Source: an uncultured Gammaproteobacteria bacterium (GTDB lineage Bacteria; Pseudomonadota; Gammaproteobacteria; Magnimaribacterales; D2472). Taken from it: DNA of 62,400 bases. The position numbers were made by a program, and so were the translations under genes. Location: positions 29,938 through 92,337 of the forward strand of contig CAYXZT010000001.1 in NCBI GenBank assembly GCA_964469915.1, written 5' to 3'. Of this stretch, positions 37,832 through 49,445 are shown one piece after another. Within the stretch, counting starts at the first letter, position 1, and every line of letters begins with the position of its first letter. Below the pieces are notes generated by a model that searched no databases, was not told the origin of the DNA, and saw only the letters and a list, made by a program, of their open reading frames with translations.

Positions 37832-38965
37832 CTACTTAAGATTTACTAGAGATTGGACTGCTATAGCCTTATTTTTACCTATAATACCAGTCTTTTCAGC
37901 TGTTGTAGCCTTCAAACCAATTTTTGATTTTGGTAAATTAAGAATGCTTGATAAGCTGTTTATAATTTGCTCTCTATGTGGAGATATTTTAGGCATTTCA
38001 CAAATAATAGTTGCATCGATATTATAAATTTCTAAGTTAAGTTCGTTAATTTTTTCGATGCAAAAGTTAATTATATTTTTGCTATCTAGTCCCTTATTTT
38101 TAATATCTTTGTCTGAGAAGAATATTCCAATATCGCCAAGTGCCGAGGCACCTAAAATAGAATCTGCAATTGAATGAAGCAGTACATCACCATCTGAATG
38201 AGCCTCAATCGCATATTCACACTCAAGGAAATAACCTCCAATCATAAAACCTTTACCTGGTTTATATGTATGAAGATCAAATCCGGTACCAACTCTAGTA
38301 GAGAATTTTCTCAAAAGATTGATATCATCTTTGTGTGTGATCTTAATATTAGAAGATCTACCCATAAGCCTAGATATATCTAAATTTTGTGATTCTATAG
38401 CAAAGGATTCATCTGGAATGTTTATATCTTTTGAAATCAAAATTTTTAATGCCTGTTCAAGTTTTTTGATTTTTGATATCTGGGGTGTTTGAACAAGGTA
38501 ATAATTAGCCTTATCTAATGTTTTCTTTTCTTGAATTTTTTTAATTGAATCTACCACTGGTATATAAAAAATTGAGCAATCTGAATCTTTTTTTATTATT
38601 TCTTCATATATATTTACTATATCTTCCTCAGTAACATTTGGTCTGGCAGCATCATGAGTTATTACAAAGTCAAAACTATCAATTTCTACATGACATAAGG
38701 ACTTATATACAGATTCAGCACGAGTAAATCCCCCTTCTACAATTGTTACTTTGGGATGGTCAAAAAAACTTTGTTCTTTTATAAATAAATCTGAGCTTGA
38801 AACAGGAATAACAATACTATGTATTAAATTTGAATCTAAGAATGGTTTTACAGCAGACTCAATAACAGTCATACCATCTATATATTCATATTGTTTTGGC
38901 TTATCTGTTCCAAACCTTTGTCCAATTCCTGCTGCTGGAATTATGGCTAAAATTTTACTACTCAT
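37832..38965 (-). CDS. ispDF: Bifunctional IspD/IspF (MEP cytidylyltransferase fused to MEcPP synthase)
   Basis: The N-terminal half carries IIPAAGIGQRFG (IspD). The C-terminal half carries GTGFDLHTY...HSDGDVLLH...ATTAEK (IspF). It is a single 377-aa ORF. Confidence 0.93.
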   Translation of the reverse strand: MSSKILAIIPAAGIGQRFGTDKPKQYEYIDGMTVIESAVKPFLDSNLIHSIVIPVSSSDLFIKEQSFFDHPKVTIVEGGFTRAESVYKSLCHVEIDSFDFVITHDAARPNVTEEDIVNIYEEIIKKDSDCSIFYIPVVDSIKKIQEKKTLDKANYYLVQTPQISKIKKLEQALKILISKDINIPDESFAIESQNLDISRLMGRSSNIKITHKDDINLLRKFSTRVGTGFDLHTYKPGKGFMIGGYFLECEYAIEAHSDGDVLLHSIADSILGASALGDIGIFFSDKDIKNKGLDSKNIINFCIEKINELNLEIYNIDATIICEMPKISPHREQIINSLSSILNLPKSKIGLKATTAEKTGIIGKNKAIAVQSLVNLK

Positions 38966-39260
38966 CTTTTATATTTTTTTTATTTTCAAATGAAATAAAC
39001 TCCTCATCAGGGTATGTTAAATTCAACTTTTCTCTAGCAAAATTTTCAATATGTTCATTGGAGATTTGTGCATTTTCAATTTCGAATTCCAAAATTTCAT
39101 TCTGTTTTTTTAAATCGTCATTTTTGATAATTTGATGATTTGTTTGCTCCACAAGAATTGATTTTTGATGATAGCTATTTTTACCAAAAAAAATACTATT
39201 TAATAAAGCAAATATTATCAGCACTAAAAATGCTGATAATATATAAAAAATACGATTCAT
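38958..39260 (-). CDS. ftsB: Cell division protein FtsB
   Basis: A TM helix plus a coiled coil (LKKQNEILEFEIENAQ). It sits between eno and ispD. I start at the ATG at 39260, which forms a TAATG overlap with the eno stop. Confidence 0.8.
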   Translation of the reverse strand: MNRIFYILSAFLVLIIFALLNSIFFGKNSYHQKSILVEQTNHQIIKNDDLKKQNEILEFEIENAQISNEHIENFAREKLNLTYPDEEFISFENKKNIKDE

Positions 39261-40531
39261 TAAAATAGGCGGAGGTTTGTATTTTCCTCTTCTATCCAAA
39301 GAAGCCTATTATATTTAGCAACCCTATCTGATCGACATGGTGCTCCAGTTTTTATTTGTCCTGTTCCAAGGCCAACAGCAAGGTCTGAGATGGTGGTGTC
39401 TTCAGTCTCTCCCGACCTGTGAGAGATAATTGATTTATAGTTATTTTTATTTGCTAAATTGATTGTTTCTATGGTTTCAGTAATAGACCCTATTTGATTA
39501 AATTTAATAAGAATTGAGTTTGCTAAGTTTTCTTCAATACCATTTTGAAAAATAGTTTTGTTTGTAACAAATAAATCATCGCCAACTAACTGACATTTGT
39601 GACCAATTTTTTCTGTAAGAATCTTCCAGCCTTCGAAATCATTTTCATCCATTCCATCTTCAATAGAAATAATTGGGTAGGTATCGACAAGCTCTTCGAG
39701 ATAATCTGCAAAAGATTCAGAGCTCAGCAACCTACCTTCCCCAGATAGGTTATATTGATTGTTTTTATAAAATTCACTTGCAGCACAATCAAGTGCAATA
39801 AAAATATCTTTTCCAGGTATTAGATTTGTTTCCTCTATAGCTTTTATTATAAGCTTTATAGCTTCTTCATTATTTTGAAGGTTTGGTGCAAAACCACCCT
39901 CGTCACCTACTGCAGTTGATAATTTGTCTGCTTTTAAAATAGATTTTAAATTCCAGTAAATTTCTGAGGACCACCTTAGGGCTTCTTTAATGTTTTGAGC
40001 TCCTTTTGGGATAATCATAAACTCTTGTATGTCTATATTATTATCAGCATGCTCTCCGCCATTCAATATATTTAGCATAGGCATTGGAAGATTGGAGGAA
40101 ATTTCATTACCAGTTATATCTTCATATATATCTTTAAAATGAGCATAAAGAGGTTTATTTTTATCAATTGCAGCAACATGTGATACGGCAAGAGAGACCG
40201 CTAAAATAGCATTTGCACCAAGATTAGATTTATCATGAGTTCCATCAAGAGCAATTAATTTTTCGTCAATTAACTTTTGATCTCTTGGGTCAAGGCCAAC
40301 AACAAGAGGAGAAATTATTTTATTAATATTATCTACAGCCTTCTTGACTCCTTTTCCCATATATGGAGTGCCTCCGTCTCTTAATTCTAGCGCCTCTTTT
40401 GTTCCTGTAGACGCTCCACTAGGAACGATAGCACTTGCTTTGGCACCATTTTCAAGACAAATACTACATGAGACAGTGGGCAGACCTCTAGAATCTAATA
40501 CTTGAATAGCTTTAATTGATTGAATAGTCAT
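39260..40531 (-). CDS. eno: Enolase
   Basis: The 423-aa protein carries [10 protein letters not shown]. Confidence 0.98.
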   Translation of the reverse strand: MTIQSIKAIQVLDSRGLPTVSCSICLENGAKASAIVPSGASTGTKEALELRDGGTPYMGKGVKKAVDNINKIISPLVVGLDPRDQKLIDEKLIALDGTHDKSNLGANAILAVSLAVSHVAAIDKNKPLYAHFKDIYEDITGNEISSNLPMPMLNILNGGEHADNNIDIQEFMIIPKGAQNIKEALRWSSEIYWNLKSILKADKLSTAVGDEGGFAPNLQNNEEAIKLIIKAIEETNLIPGKDIFIALDCAASEFYKNNQYNLSGEGRLLSSESFADYLEELVDTYPIISIEDGMDENDFEGWKILTEKIGHKCQLVGDDLFVTNKTIFQNGIEENLANSILIKFNQIGSITETIETINLANKNNYKSIISHRSGETEDTTISDLAVGLGTGQIKTGAPCRSDRVAKYNRLLWIEEENTNLRLF

Positions 40532-40536
40532 GAGTA

Positions 40537-41376
40537 CTATGAAATGTCTAAAATTTCTTGGTTTTTAATAAAACTATCAAGGTCTTTGATTTGTTTTAAG
40601 AAAGGTTTAACCATATCTAAACGAAGCGCACAAGGACCATCGCACTTAGCATTATCTGGATCTGGATGGGCTTCTAAAAATAGCCCAGCAATGCCTTGAG
40701 AGATACCAGCCTTGGCTAAACTTAATAGATACTCCCTTCTTCCACCTGCAGCATTTCCTAGCCCACCAGGAAGTTGCAGGGAATGAGTTACATCAAAAAT
40801 AGTTGGCTTATTTAAATTTTTAAGGATTTGGAAATTCAATGTATCAACAACCAAATTGTTATAACCAAAGGAATTACCTCTCTCGCATAATGTTATTTTT
40901 TGATTACCAGCTGATTCGCATTTCTCAATAATATTCTTCATTTCTGGTGCAGATAAAAATTGTGGTTTTTTAAACTGTAAAATAGATGAAGTTTTTGCAG
41001 CAGCGACAACTAAATCTGTTTGCCTGGCAAGAAATGCAGGTATTTGGACTATCTCACATACCTCACTAACAGGCATGGCTTGACTTGGTTCATGGATATC
41101 AGTAACAACCGCTACATTAAATTCAGTTGATACTTCTTGTAATATTTTTAGACCCTCATCAAGGCCAGGACCCCTAAAAGATGATACTGAGCTTCGATTA
41201 GCCTTATCAAATGAGCCTTTAAAAATATAATTAATTCCTAATTCATCTGAAATAGATTTAAATTTTTCCCCAACCTGCATAGCAAGGTCTCTAGACTCAA
41301 GAACATTCACTCCACCCATAAGTGTCATAGCTCTATTATTGCCAATAGTGAAATTTCTTAATTCTAAATCATTCAT
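40537..41376 (-). CDS. kdsA: 3-deoxy-8-phosphooctulonate (KDO-8-P) synthase
   Basis: The 279-aa protein has [10 protein letters not shown] near the N-terminus. The pyrG-kdsA-eno synteny holds. Confidence 0.95.
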   Translation of the reverse strand: MNDLELRNFTIGNNRAMTLMGGVNVLESRDLAMQVGEKFKSISDELGINYIFKGSFDKANRSSVSSFRGPGLDEGLKILQEVSTEFNVAVVTDIHEPSQAMPVSEVCEIVQIPAFLARQTDLVVAAAKTSSILQFKKPQFLSAPEMKNIIEKCESAGNQKITLCERGNSFGYNNLVVDTLNFQILKNLNKPTIFDVTHSLQLPGGLGNAAGGRREYLLSLAKAGISQGIAGLFLEAHPDPDNAKCDGPCALRLDMVKPFLKQIKDLDSFIKNQEILDIS

Positions 41377-41378
41377 AG

Positions 41379-43016
<1,638 letters not shown>

Positions 43017-43090
43017 TCATGATGGGATAACAGAATAACAGAATAAGCAAATTAGTGAAATAATATTTTTCTAAAATACCAAATAAAAAA

Positions 43091-44149
43091 CTATATATTC
43101 CTATAAATTCTTTTAACTCTTGATTTTATTCTTATCATAAGATCATAAGAAATAAGATTGTTTTCTGAAGCAATATTATTAATCGAAAGATTGGGTGAAA
43201 AAAACTCACAAAAATCTCCAATTTTACAATCAGGAATATCAGTAACATCAACACTGCACACATCCATGCTAACTTTTCCAAAAATCCTAGCAGTTTGTTT
43301 GTTGATATTAACAATAGTTCCATCTTTAATATGATGGGGTAAGCCATCAGCGTATCCGCAATAAATCGTTGCTATTTTCATTTGTTTTTTTGCAACAGCA
43401 CGCCCGTCATAACCAACTCCTTCGCCTTGCTGTATTGTTCTTATGTCAATAATTGGTGATCTTAAAGTCATTGCTGTTTTTAGATCATTATTGCCGATAT
43501 ATCCACCAAAAATACCTATGCCAACCCTTACCCAATCAAACGATTTATCTGGAAAATTAAGGACACAACCAGTATTAGCAATACTTCTTTTAATATTTGA
43601 ATGAAGCTTACTGGTAAGAATATTAAAGCGCTCAAATTGTTTTTTATTTGACTGATCATTTGGGTTATTAGAGGCTGATAAATGGGACATCAAGGTAAAT
43701 TCTTTATCAGAGAGGTGGGTATTATAAATATCAAGGAACTCATCTACCTCAAAACCCAATCTATTCATGCCTGTATTAATTTTAAACCACAAATTTTTAT
43801 AATATTTATTAGATTTAATTAAATTAAATTGATGCTTATTGTGAATAACTAAATCAAGAGAATGTTGTTGAGCTTCTTTTAAATCTTTATCTGTATATAC
43901 ACCTTGCATAAGTAAAATTTTCTTGGAAGATATTTTTCTAATACTTAATGCCTCATCAAGCCTGACTACTCCATAGCCATCAACAATATCATCGATATCC
44001 TGCACTACATTATTAAGGAGATGTCCATAAGAATCAGATTTTATGATTGCCATAAAATTTGATGAACTTTTTATTCTGCTTTTTAGATAAGAAATATTAT
44101 TTCTTATAATCGAGGGTTCTATTAAGAGCTCAGATGTCGCCCGTGTCAT
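43091..44149 (-). CDS. alr: Alanine racemase
   Basis: PLP-Lys context AIIKSDSYGHL in a 352-aa protein. The dnaB-alr synteny holds, with a TAATG overlap. Confidence 0.9.
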   Translation of the reverse strand: MTRATSELLIEPSIIRNNISYLKSRIKSSSNFMAIIKSDSYGHLLNNVVQDIDDIVDGYGVVRLDEALSIRKISSKKILLMQGVYTDKDLKEAQQHSLDLVIHNKHQFNLIKSNKYYKNLWFKINTGMNRLGFEVDEFLDIYNTHLSDKEFTLMSHLSASNNPNDQSNKKQFERFNILTSKLHSNIKRSIANTGCVLNFPDKSFDWVRVGIGIFGGYIGNNDLKTAMTLRSPIIDIRTIQQGEGVGYDGRAVAKKQMKIATIYCGYADGLPHHIKDGTIVNINKQTARIFGKVSMDVCSVDVTDIPDCKIGDFCEFFSPNLSINNIASENNLISYDLMIRIKSRVKRIYRNI

Positions 44150-45528
44150 TAAAAATTACTTGAATAATCATCAGAATAACCATCATTCGCAAAGTTTTCA
44201 AATCGAGTATATTCTTTTAAGAAAGTTAAATTAACGGTACCAATTGGACCATTTCTTTGCTTACCAATAATTATTTCAGCTTTATTTCCTTGGTCAGAAT
44301 CTTCATTGTAAACCTCATCTCTGTAGATAAATAAAATTACATCTGCATCTTGCTCAATAGCTCCTGAGTCTCTTAAATCTGCCATAATTGGCCTTTTGTT
44401 TGGTCTTTGTTCAACAGCCCTATTTAACTGAGAAAGAGCTATAACTGGAACTTGTAACTCTTTTGCTAAAGATTTTAAAGATCTCGAAATCTCAGATATT
44501 TGATTTACTCTATTTTCAGAAGAAGTAGGAAGTTGCATAAGTTGAAGATAATCAACAACTATTAAAGATAGTCCATGCTCTTCTTGTCTAGCAAGTCTTC
44601 TTGCCTTAGCTCTCAATTCCATTGGAGATAGTAAAGAGCTATCATCTATCCACAAAGGTAAATTTTTTAGCCTTTCGCCTTCCTGAAGTAAAAGTTTTAG
44701 CTCATTATCTTTTAGCATTCCAGATCTAACATTTTGTTGGTTAAGCTTGCTCATACCAGATAGCATTCTTGTTGTTAATGACTCACCAGGCATTTCCAAA
44801 CTAAAGATTAAAACAGCTCCTTTAGTATCTTTATCAACCAAAACATTCTCAGCTAAATTCATAGCTAAAGAGGTTTTACCCATACTTGGCCTACCTGCTA
44901 CAACAATCAAGTCACCGTCCTGTATACCTTGTAGTTTCGTATCTAAATCTTTAAAGCCTGTTGAGGAACCAATTAGACCACCCTTCTTATTAGATAACTC
45001 ATGAAGCCTATCCATGGTCTTGGGGATTAAAGACTTCATAGATTCCATAGTGTCAGTATCTTGAGAAGACTCATCATTTAATGCAAAAATCATACTCTCT
45101 GCTTTATCTAAAAGCGCCAATCCATCCTGACCTTGAGGATTATTAATGAGTTCAGATATTTCTGAATTAGTTTTAATTAGTTTTCTAGTTATAGAACGCT
45201 GTCTAATAATCTCAGCATAAGCTTCTAAGTTAGCTGCAGATGGAGTAGAAGTTGCTAGCTCTATTAAATAATCTTTACCCCCAACTTTGTTAAGTGCATT
45301 TTTGTTATCTAATTTTTCAGAAACTGTTAAGGGGTCAAGCGGCTTATTTTCTTCAACTAACTCTGACATTGACTGGAAGATTATCTGGTGATCTTTTCCA
45401 TCGAAGTCGTTATCTTTAATTACTTGAATTACGGTATCAAACCTATGGGTCTCAAGCATAAGACCACCCAAAACTGCTCTTTCAGCTTCTCTGGATTGTT
45501 CGTTTTGATTTATTGATAAGTCTGACAT
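44149..45528 (-). CDS. dnaB: Replicative DNA helicase DnaB
   Basis: Walker A AGRPSMGKTSLA in a 459-aa protein. No intein-like insertion is present. Confidence 0.97.
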   Translation of the reverse strand: MSDLSINQNEQSREAERAVLGGLMLETHRFDTVIQVIKDNDFDGKDHQIIFQSMSELVEENKPLDPLTVSEKLDNKNALNKVGGKDYLIELATSTPSAANLEAYAEIIRQRSITRKLIKTNSEISELINNPQGQDGLALLDKAESMIFALNDESSQDTDTMESMKSLIPKTMDRLHELSNKKGGLIGSSTGFKDLDTKLQGIQDGDLIVVAGRPSMGKTSLAMNLAENVLVDKDTKGAVLIFSLEMPGESLTTRMLSGMSKLNQQNVRSGMLKDNELKLLLQEGERLKNLPLWIDDSSLLSPMELRAKARRLARQEEHGLSLIVVDYLQLMQLPTSSENRVNQISEISRSLKSLAKELQVPVIALSQLNRAVEQRPNKRPIMADLRDSGAIEQDADVILFIYRDEVYNEDSDQGNKAEIIIGKQRNGPIGTVNLTFLKEYTRFENFANDGYSDDYSSNF

Positions 45529-45565
45529 GGAATATGATTTTTACATCATATTTTAAAATATACAA

Positions 45566-46012
45566 CTACTCAGCTAATACTTTTACAGTTACTTCAGCTG
45601 AAACTTCAGGATGAACACTAATAGTAATAACATGATCACCAGTTTCTTTTATAGGACCATCAGGTAATTGAACTTCGCTTTTATCTATTTGAACGTTTGC
45701 TGAAACAAAAGCTTCAGATATTTCTCTTGTTCCAACTGAACCATATAAGGCACCTTCTTCAGTTACAGGAACAGCAATCTCACAAATTGAACCCTCGATC
45801 TCTTCTGCTCTAGCCTGGGCTCTTGTGAGCTGATCTGCAGAGGCTGCTGCTAGTTCATCTTTTCTTGCTTCAACTTCAGCAATATTTTTACCACTAGCAA
45901 ATGCTGCCTTCTTCTGAGGTATAAGGAAATTTCTTGCATAACCTGAGTTAACTTCAACAACATCTCCAATTTCACCCAATCTTTGTATCTTATCTAATAA
46001 TATAATTTTCAT
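45566..46012 (-). CDS. rplI: 50S ribosomal protein L9
   Basis: MKIILLDKIQRLGEIGDVVEVNSGYARNFLIP is a canonical L9 N-terminus. Confidence 0.95.
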   Translation of the reverse strand: MKIILLDKIQRLGEIGDVVEVNSGYARNFLIPQKKAAFASGKNIAEVEARKDELAAASADQLTRAQARAEEIEGSICEIAVPVTEEGALYGSVGTREISEAFVSANVQIDKSEVQLPDGPIKETGDHVITISVHPEVSAEVTVKVLAE

Positions 46013-46016
46013 AATC

Positions 46017-46244
46017 TTACTGGTGCATGTCCGTATATGGTAAAAGTGCTAAAAATCTAGCAATCTTAATTGATTTAGTAACCTTTCTTTGGTTTGAAGC
46101 AGAAACACCAGTAACTCTAGCTGGAATAATTTTTCCAGTCTCAGTAATAAATGGTCTTAAAGCATCAGTATTTTTGTAGTCAAAATTCTTGGGTAAATCA
46201 TATTTACTCATATTACACTTCCCCTTCTTTATTAGCCTTATCAT
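46017..46244 (-). CDS. rpsR: 30S ribosomal protein S18
   Basis: ...[23 protein letters not shown]...LLPYTD. The 75-aa form aligns position for position with E. coli S18 (FDYKN vs IDYKD at residues 21-25) but overlaps rpsF by 32 nt. An alternative ATG at 46211 gives 64 aa. Confidence 0.9.
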   Translation of the reverse strand: MIRLIKKGKCNMSKYDLPKNFDYKNTDALRPFITETGKIIPARVTGVSASNQRKVTKSIKIARFLALLPYTDMHQ

Positions 46245-46626
46245 CAGTTTTTGTTTCTTTTGATTCCACTTTTACATCTTCATTTGCTGAATCAGATTTC
46301 TTGTTCTTAGATTCTATAAATAAACTTGAATCTTCTTCAGAATGTTTCTTAACTACTAAAAACAAATGGCGAATTATTGATTCGTTATATTTGATTTTTG
46401 TTTCGATTTCTAGAAGCTTGGATGGATCACCTTCAAGATTAAAAATAATGTAGTGGCCTTTATTGTGGTTGTTGATTGAATAAGCTAATTGCCTTCTTCC
46501 AATATCTTCTGTCTTGACAATACTAAATGAATTATCTTTTAGTAACTTTTCAAAATCTTTAAGGAAATCACCAACCTTTGTTGATAGATTTGGATTTAAT
46601 ATTATGACCGCTTCGTATTTATTCAT
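46213..46626 (-). CDS. rpsF: 30S ribosomal protein S6
   Basis: [15 protein letters not shown]... N-terminus with a charged C-terminal tail. The order is rpsF-rpsR-rplI. Confidence 0.93.
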   Translation of the reverse strand: MNKYEAVIILNPNLSTKVGDFLKDFEKLLKDNSFSIVKTEDIGRRQLAYSINNHNKGHYIIFNLEGDPSKLLEIETKIKYNESIIRHLFLVVKKHSEEDSSLFIESKNKKSDSANEDVKVESKETKTDDKANKEGEV

Positions 46627-46707
46627 TATTTACCTTATGGTTAAAGATTTAAACCTTAATTGGCTTAAACCAAGGAAAATGCATTCTAATGCAATTAAAT
46701 TTAGTTA

Positions 46708-47934
46708 TCAATACTCGCTTTTAACTATTTTTAAAAGTTTAGAAAACCAGCTTTGGCCTTGCTCAGCTATAAGCCCGTCACTAATTTGCTTATGGCCATG
46801 GTCCACGAGACCAATTGAAGTTGCATATATAGGATTTTGAAGAATACTTTCCATTCCAGAGAATTTGTTAGGTATTCCTAACCTTACAGAGGTTTGAAAA
46901 ATTGATTCTGCCAATTCCACAACTCCCTCCATCTTAGAAGTTCCCCCAGTAAAGACTACACCTGCTGAAATCTTATCCTCAAAACCATTTCTAGAAATTT
47001 CAGCTTTTACTAACTCAAATAGTTCTGTATAACGAGGTTGAACGATATCAGCTAAAGATGATCTAGAAAGTTCTCTTGTTGGTCTTCCACCAACACCAGG
47101 TACCTCAATGCTTTCATCTTCTTTTGTAAACTCCGCAACAGCACATCCATGCTTTTGTTTAATTTCTTCTGCTTGAGGGGTTGGGGTTCTTAGTGCCTGA
47201 GCGATATCACTGGTTACTTGGTCACCTGCAATAGGAATAACCCCTGTAAAAACAATTGACCCTGAATTAAAAATTGCAATATCTGTTGTTCCGCCACCAA
47301 TATCTACCAAGCAAACTCCTAGTTCTTTTTCATCTTCAGATAAAATTGAGTGTGAGCTTGCTAATTGCTCAAGAACAAAGCCATCTACTGACAAGCCGCA
47401 ATTCTTTATACATTTTTCAATATTTTTAATAGCACTATTCGCACAGGTAACTAAGTGAACCTTAGCCTCTAGCCTGACACCGGCCATACCAAGAGGATCC
47501 AAACTCACTTCTTGATTATCGATAACATATTCTTGAGGAAGAACATGCAAAACATTTTGATCTGAAGGAATTGATACAGCTTGTGCAGAATCAATGACTC
47601 TATCTATATCATAAGGTGTGACTTCTTTATCTTTTATGCCGACAGCACCTTGAGAATTTAAGCTTTTAATGTGGTTTCCTGCAATGCCTACATAAACAGA
47701 ATTTATTTTTTCTTCAATCATAGACTGCGCCTGCTCAACTGCTTTTTTTATAGCGTCTGTTGTAGCATCAATATTAACCACGACACCTTTTTTAAGGCCA
47801 CTAGAAGGGTATGACCCTAAAGATATAATTTCAAGCTTATTGGATTCATTGTATTTGCCAACAATACAAACAACCTTTGATGTGCCTATATCGAGACCAA
47901 CAACCATATTAGAATTTTTTGTATTATTAGCCAT
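46708..47934 (-). CDS. ftsA: Cell division protein FtsA
   Basis: Actin-fold phosphate motifs VGLDIGTSK and VDIGGGTTD, with a C-terminal amphipathic helix (WFSKLLKIVKSEY). Confidence 0.95.
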   Translation of the reverse strand: MANNTKNSNMVVGLDIGTSKVVCIVGKYNESNKLEIISLGSYPSSGLKKGVVVNIDATTDAIKKAVEQAQSMIEEKINSVYVGIAGNHIKSLNSQGAVGIKDKEVTPYDIDRVIDSAQAVSIPSDQNVLHVLPQEYVIDNQEVSLDPLGMAGVRLEAKVHLVTCANSAIKNIEKCIKNCGLSVDGFVLEQLASSHSILSEDEKELGVCLVDIGGGTTDIAIFNSGSIVFTGVIPIAGDQVTSDIAQALRTPTPQAEEIKQKHGCAVAEFTKEDESIEVPGVGGRPTRELSRSSLADIVQPRYTELFELVKAEISRNGFEDKISAGVVFTGGTSKMEGVVELAESIFQTSVRLGIPNKFSGMESILQNPIYATSIGLVDHGHKQISDGLIAEQGQSWFSKLLKIVKSEY

Positions 47935-48556
47935 ACTTTAGAGCAACTCCATCTTTGTATCTAAGATCTATTATCTTAGGTATTTTTCTTTTATCGTACA
48001 AGTAATTTAAGGTATCTTTGATAAGTTTAATCTTATTTATATCGATTTCCTTTCCAAGTTTTATTTCTGAGCTCTTGGTATTAATCAACCATCCTCTTAT
48101 ATGATTAAAGTTAATTGAAATAATTGCAAAATCATTTTTTTCATACATTGAAAAAAGATCTATTATTAGCATGACATCATTTAGATCTTTTATATCTCCA
48201 TTAATTTTTATCAGAGAAGTGTCTGTGAAATCAAACTTAAATTTTTTTAACTCTTCATCTACATAAAAAGTATTGTTAAGAATAAAAATTGGAATTCTAT
48301 TTTTAATAGAAATCTTGACTTCATTATCAAAAGGAAGAGATCTCATTGTGTAAGAAGAAATCCAGTCTTGATTATCAAGTAATAGCTTCAGTTCTTTTTT
48401 AGATTTAACAACAGATAATTTCTTAATAAAGGCTTTTTGGGAATCGAGCTGAATTCCAGATTCATAATTAATATCTAAACTAAGATCGCCAGCATTTAAA
48501 AAAATGTTAAAGCTTAAAAAGTAGCAAGCTAAAAAGTATTTAATCAATTGATGCAT
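47927..48556 (-). CDS. ftsQ: Cell division protein FtsQ (short)
   Basis: An N-terminal TM helix with POTRA-like and beta domains. It sits between ddl and ftsA. Length is 209 aa and the sequence is divergent. Confidence 0.75.
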   Translation of the reverse strand: MHQLIKYFLACYFLSFNIFLNAGDLSLDINYESGIQLDSQKAFIKKLSVVKSKKELKLLLDNQDWISSYTMRSLPFDNEVKISIKNRIPIFILNNTFYVDEELKKFKFDFTDTSLIKINGDIKDLNDVMLIIDLFSMYEKNDFAIISINFNHIRGWLINTKSSEIKLGKEIDINKIKLIKDTLNYLYDKRKIPKIIDLRYKDGVALKYG

Positions 48557-49445
48557 TAATTATTTTTTGAACAACCTGATTGTAACTTAAGCCAATGAAC
48601 TCTCCTGATTTTGGAACACAGCTATGTGAAGTCATACCAGGACTGGAATTTAATTCCAAAAAATATAAATCTCCATATTCATCTTCAAGAATATCTACTC
48701 TAGCCCATCCCGAACACTTTAAAGCTTCATATGAATCCCGGGCGAAGTTTTTTATTTTATCTATCCACTCATTGCTATATTGTGCTTCAACTAAATCTGT
48801 ATCATCAGACAGATACTTCGCTTCGTAATCATAGAAACTATTTGTAGTTTTGATCTCTATAGGAGGAAAAACCAAGTCTCCAATAATTGTTACAGTGTAT
48901 TCTTTATGCTTAATGGCTTCTTCGAGTATAAATGGTCCGTTCAGCGAACTTAGCTGCTGCAAAGTCTTTAAATACTCATTTTCATCTTTAATTTCAAAAA
49001 TATTAACACTTGAACCATCCATGGAAGGTTTTATAAAAAAATGATCAAAAGGAATATCCTTAAAACTTCTATTAAAATTCAAAGGATTATTTATTTGTAT
49101 TGAATCAGGTGTTTTGATTCCATTTTTTCTAATTAAATCTTTGCTTATTGATTTATTCCAGCTGTAAGAGCAGGATTCTGAATTAGAACCAGTAAAGGGA
49201 ATTCCAATTGTTTCAAGTTGTTTTTGTAAAGCTCCGCTTTCACCCTCTTCTCCATGCAGTGCTATGAAAATAAAATCGAAATTTCTTAGAACATTTATAT
49301 CTTTAATATCATTGATATCAAACTTATCACAATCATAACCTAGTGCGATAATTGCGTCATAAACTCTCTTTCCACTTTCTAAGGATACCTCTCTTTCCCC
49401 GGAAGATCCTCCAAACAGTACAGCAATCTTATCTATACTTTCCAT
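48540..49445 (-). CDS. ddl: D-alanine--D-alanine ligase
   Basis: An ATP-grasp enzyme with FIALHGEEGESG and FLELNSSPGMT motifs. Confidence 0.93.
   Translation of the reverse strand: MESIDKIAVLFGGSSGEREVSLESGKRVYDAIIALGYDCDKFDINDIKDINVLRNFDFIFIALHGEEGESGALQKQLETIGIPFTGSNSESCSYSWNKSISKDLIRKNGIKTPDSIQINNPLNFNRSFKDIPFDHFFIKPSMDGSSVNIFEIKDENEYLKTLQQLSSLNGPFILEEAIKHKEYTVTIIGDLVFPPIEIKTTNSFYDYEAKYLSDDTDLVEAQYSNEWIDKIKNFARDSYEALKCSGWARVDILEDEYGDLYFLELNSSPGMTSHSCVPKSGEFIGLSYNQVVQKIINASID

Noticed and set aside
43027-43046. A tandem 8-bp repeat ATAACAGA (2.6 copies) between alr and pyrG.
   Set aside because: It is too short and isolated to call a repeat element or operator, and I noticed no similar copies elsewhere in the window.
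46017-46626. Absence of priB between rpsF and rpsR, considered as a streamlining loss.
   Set aside because: rpsF-rpsR-rplI-dnaB-alr without priB is, as far as I recall, the normal Pseudomonas-type arrangement. It is therefore not informative.
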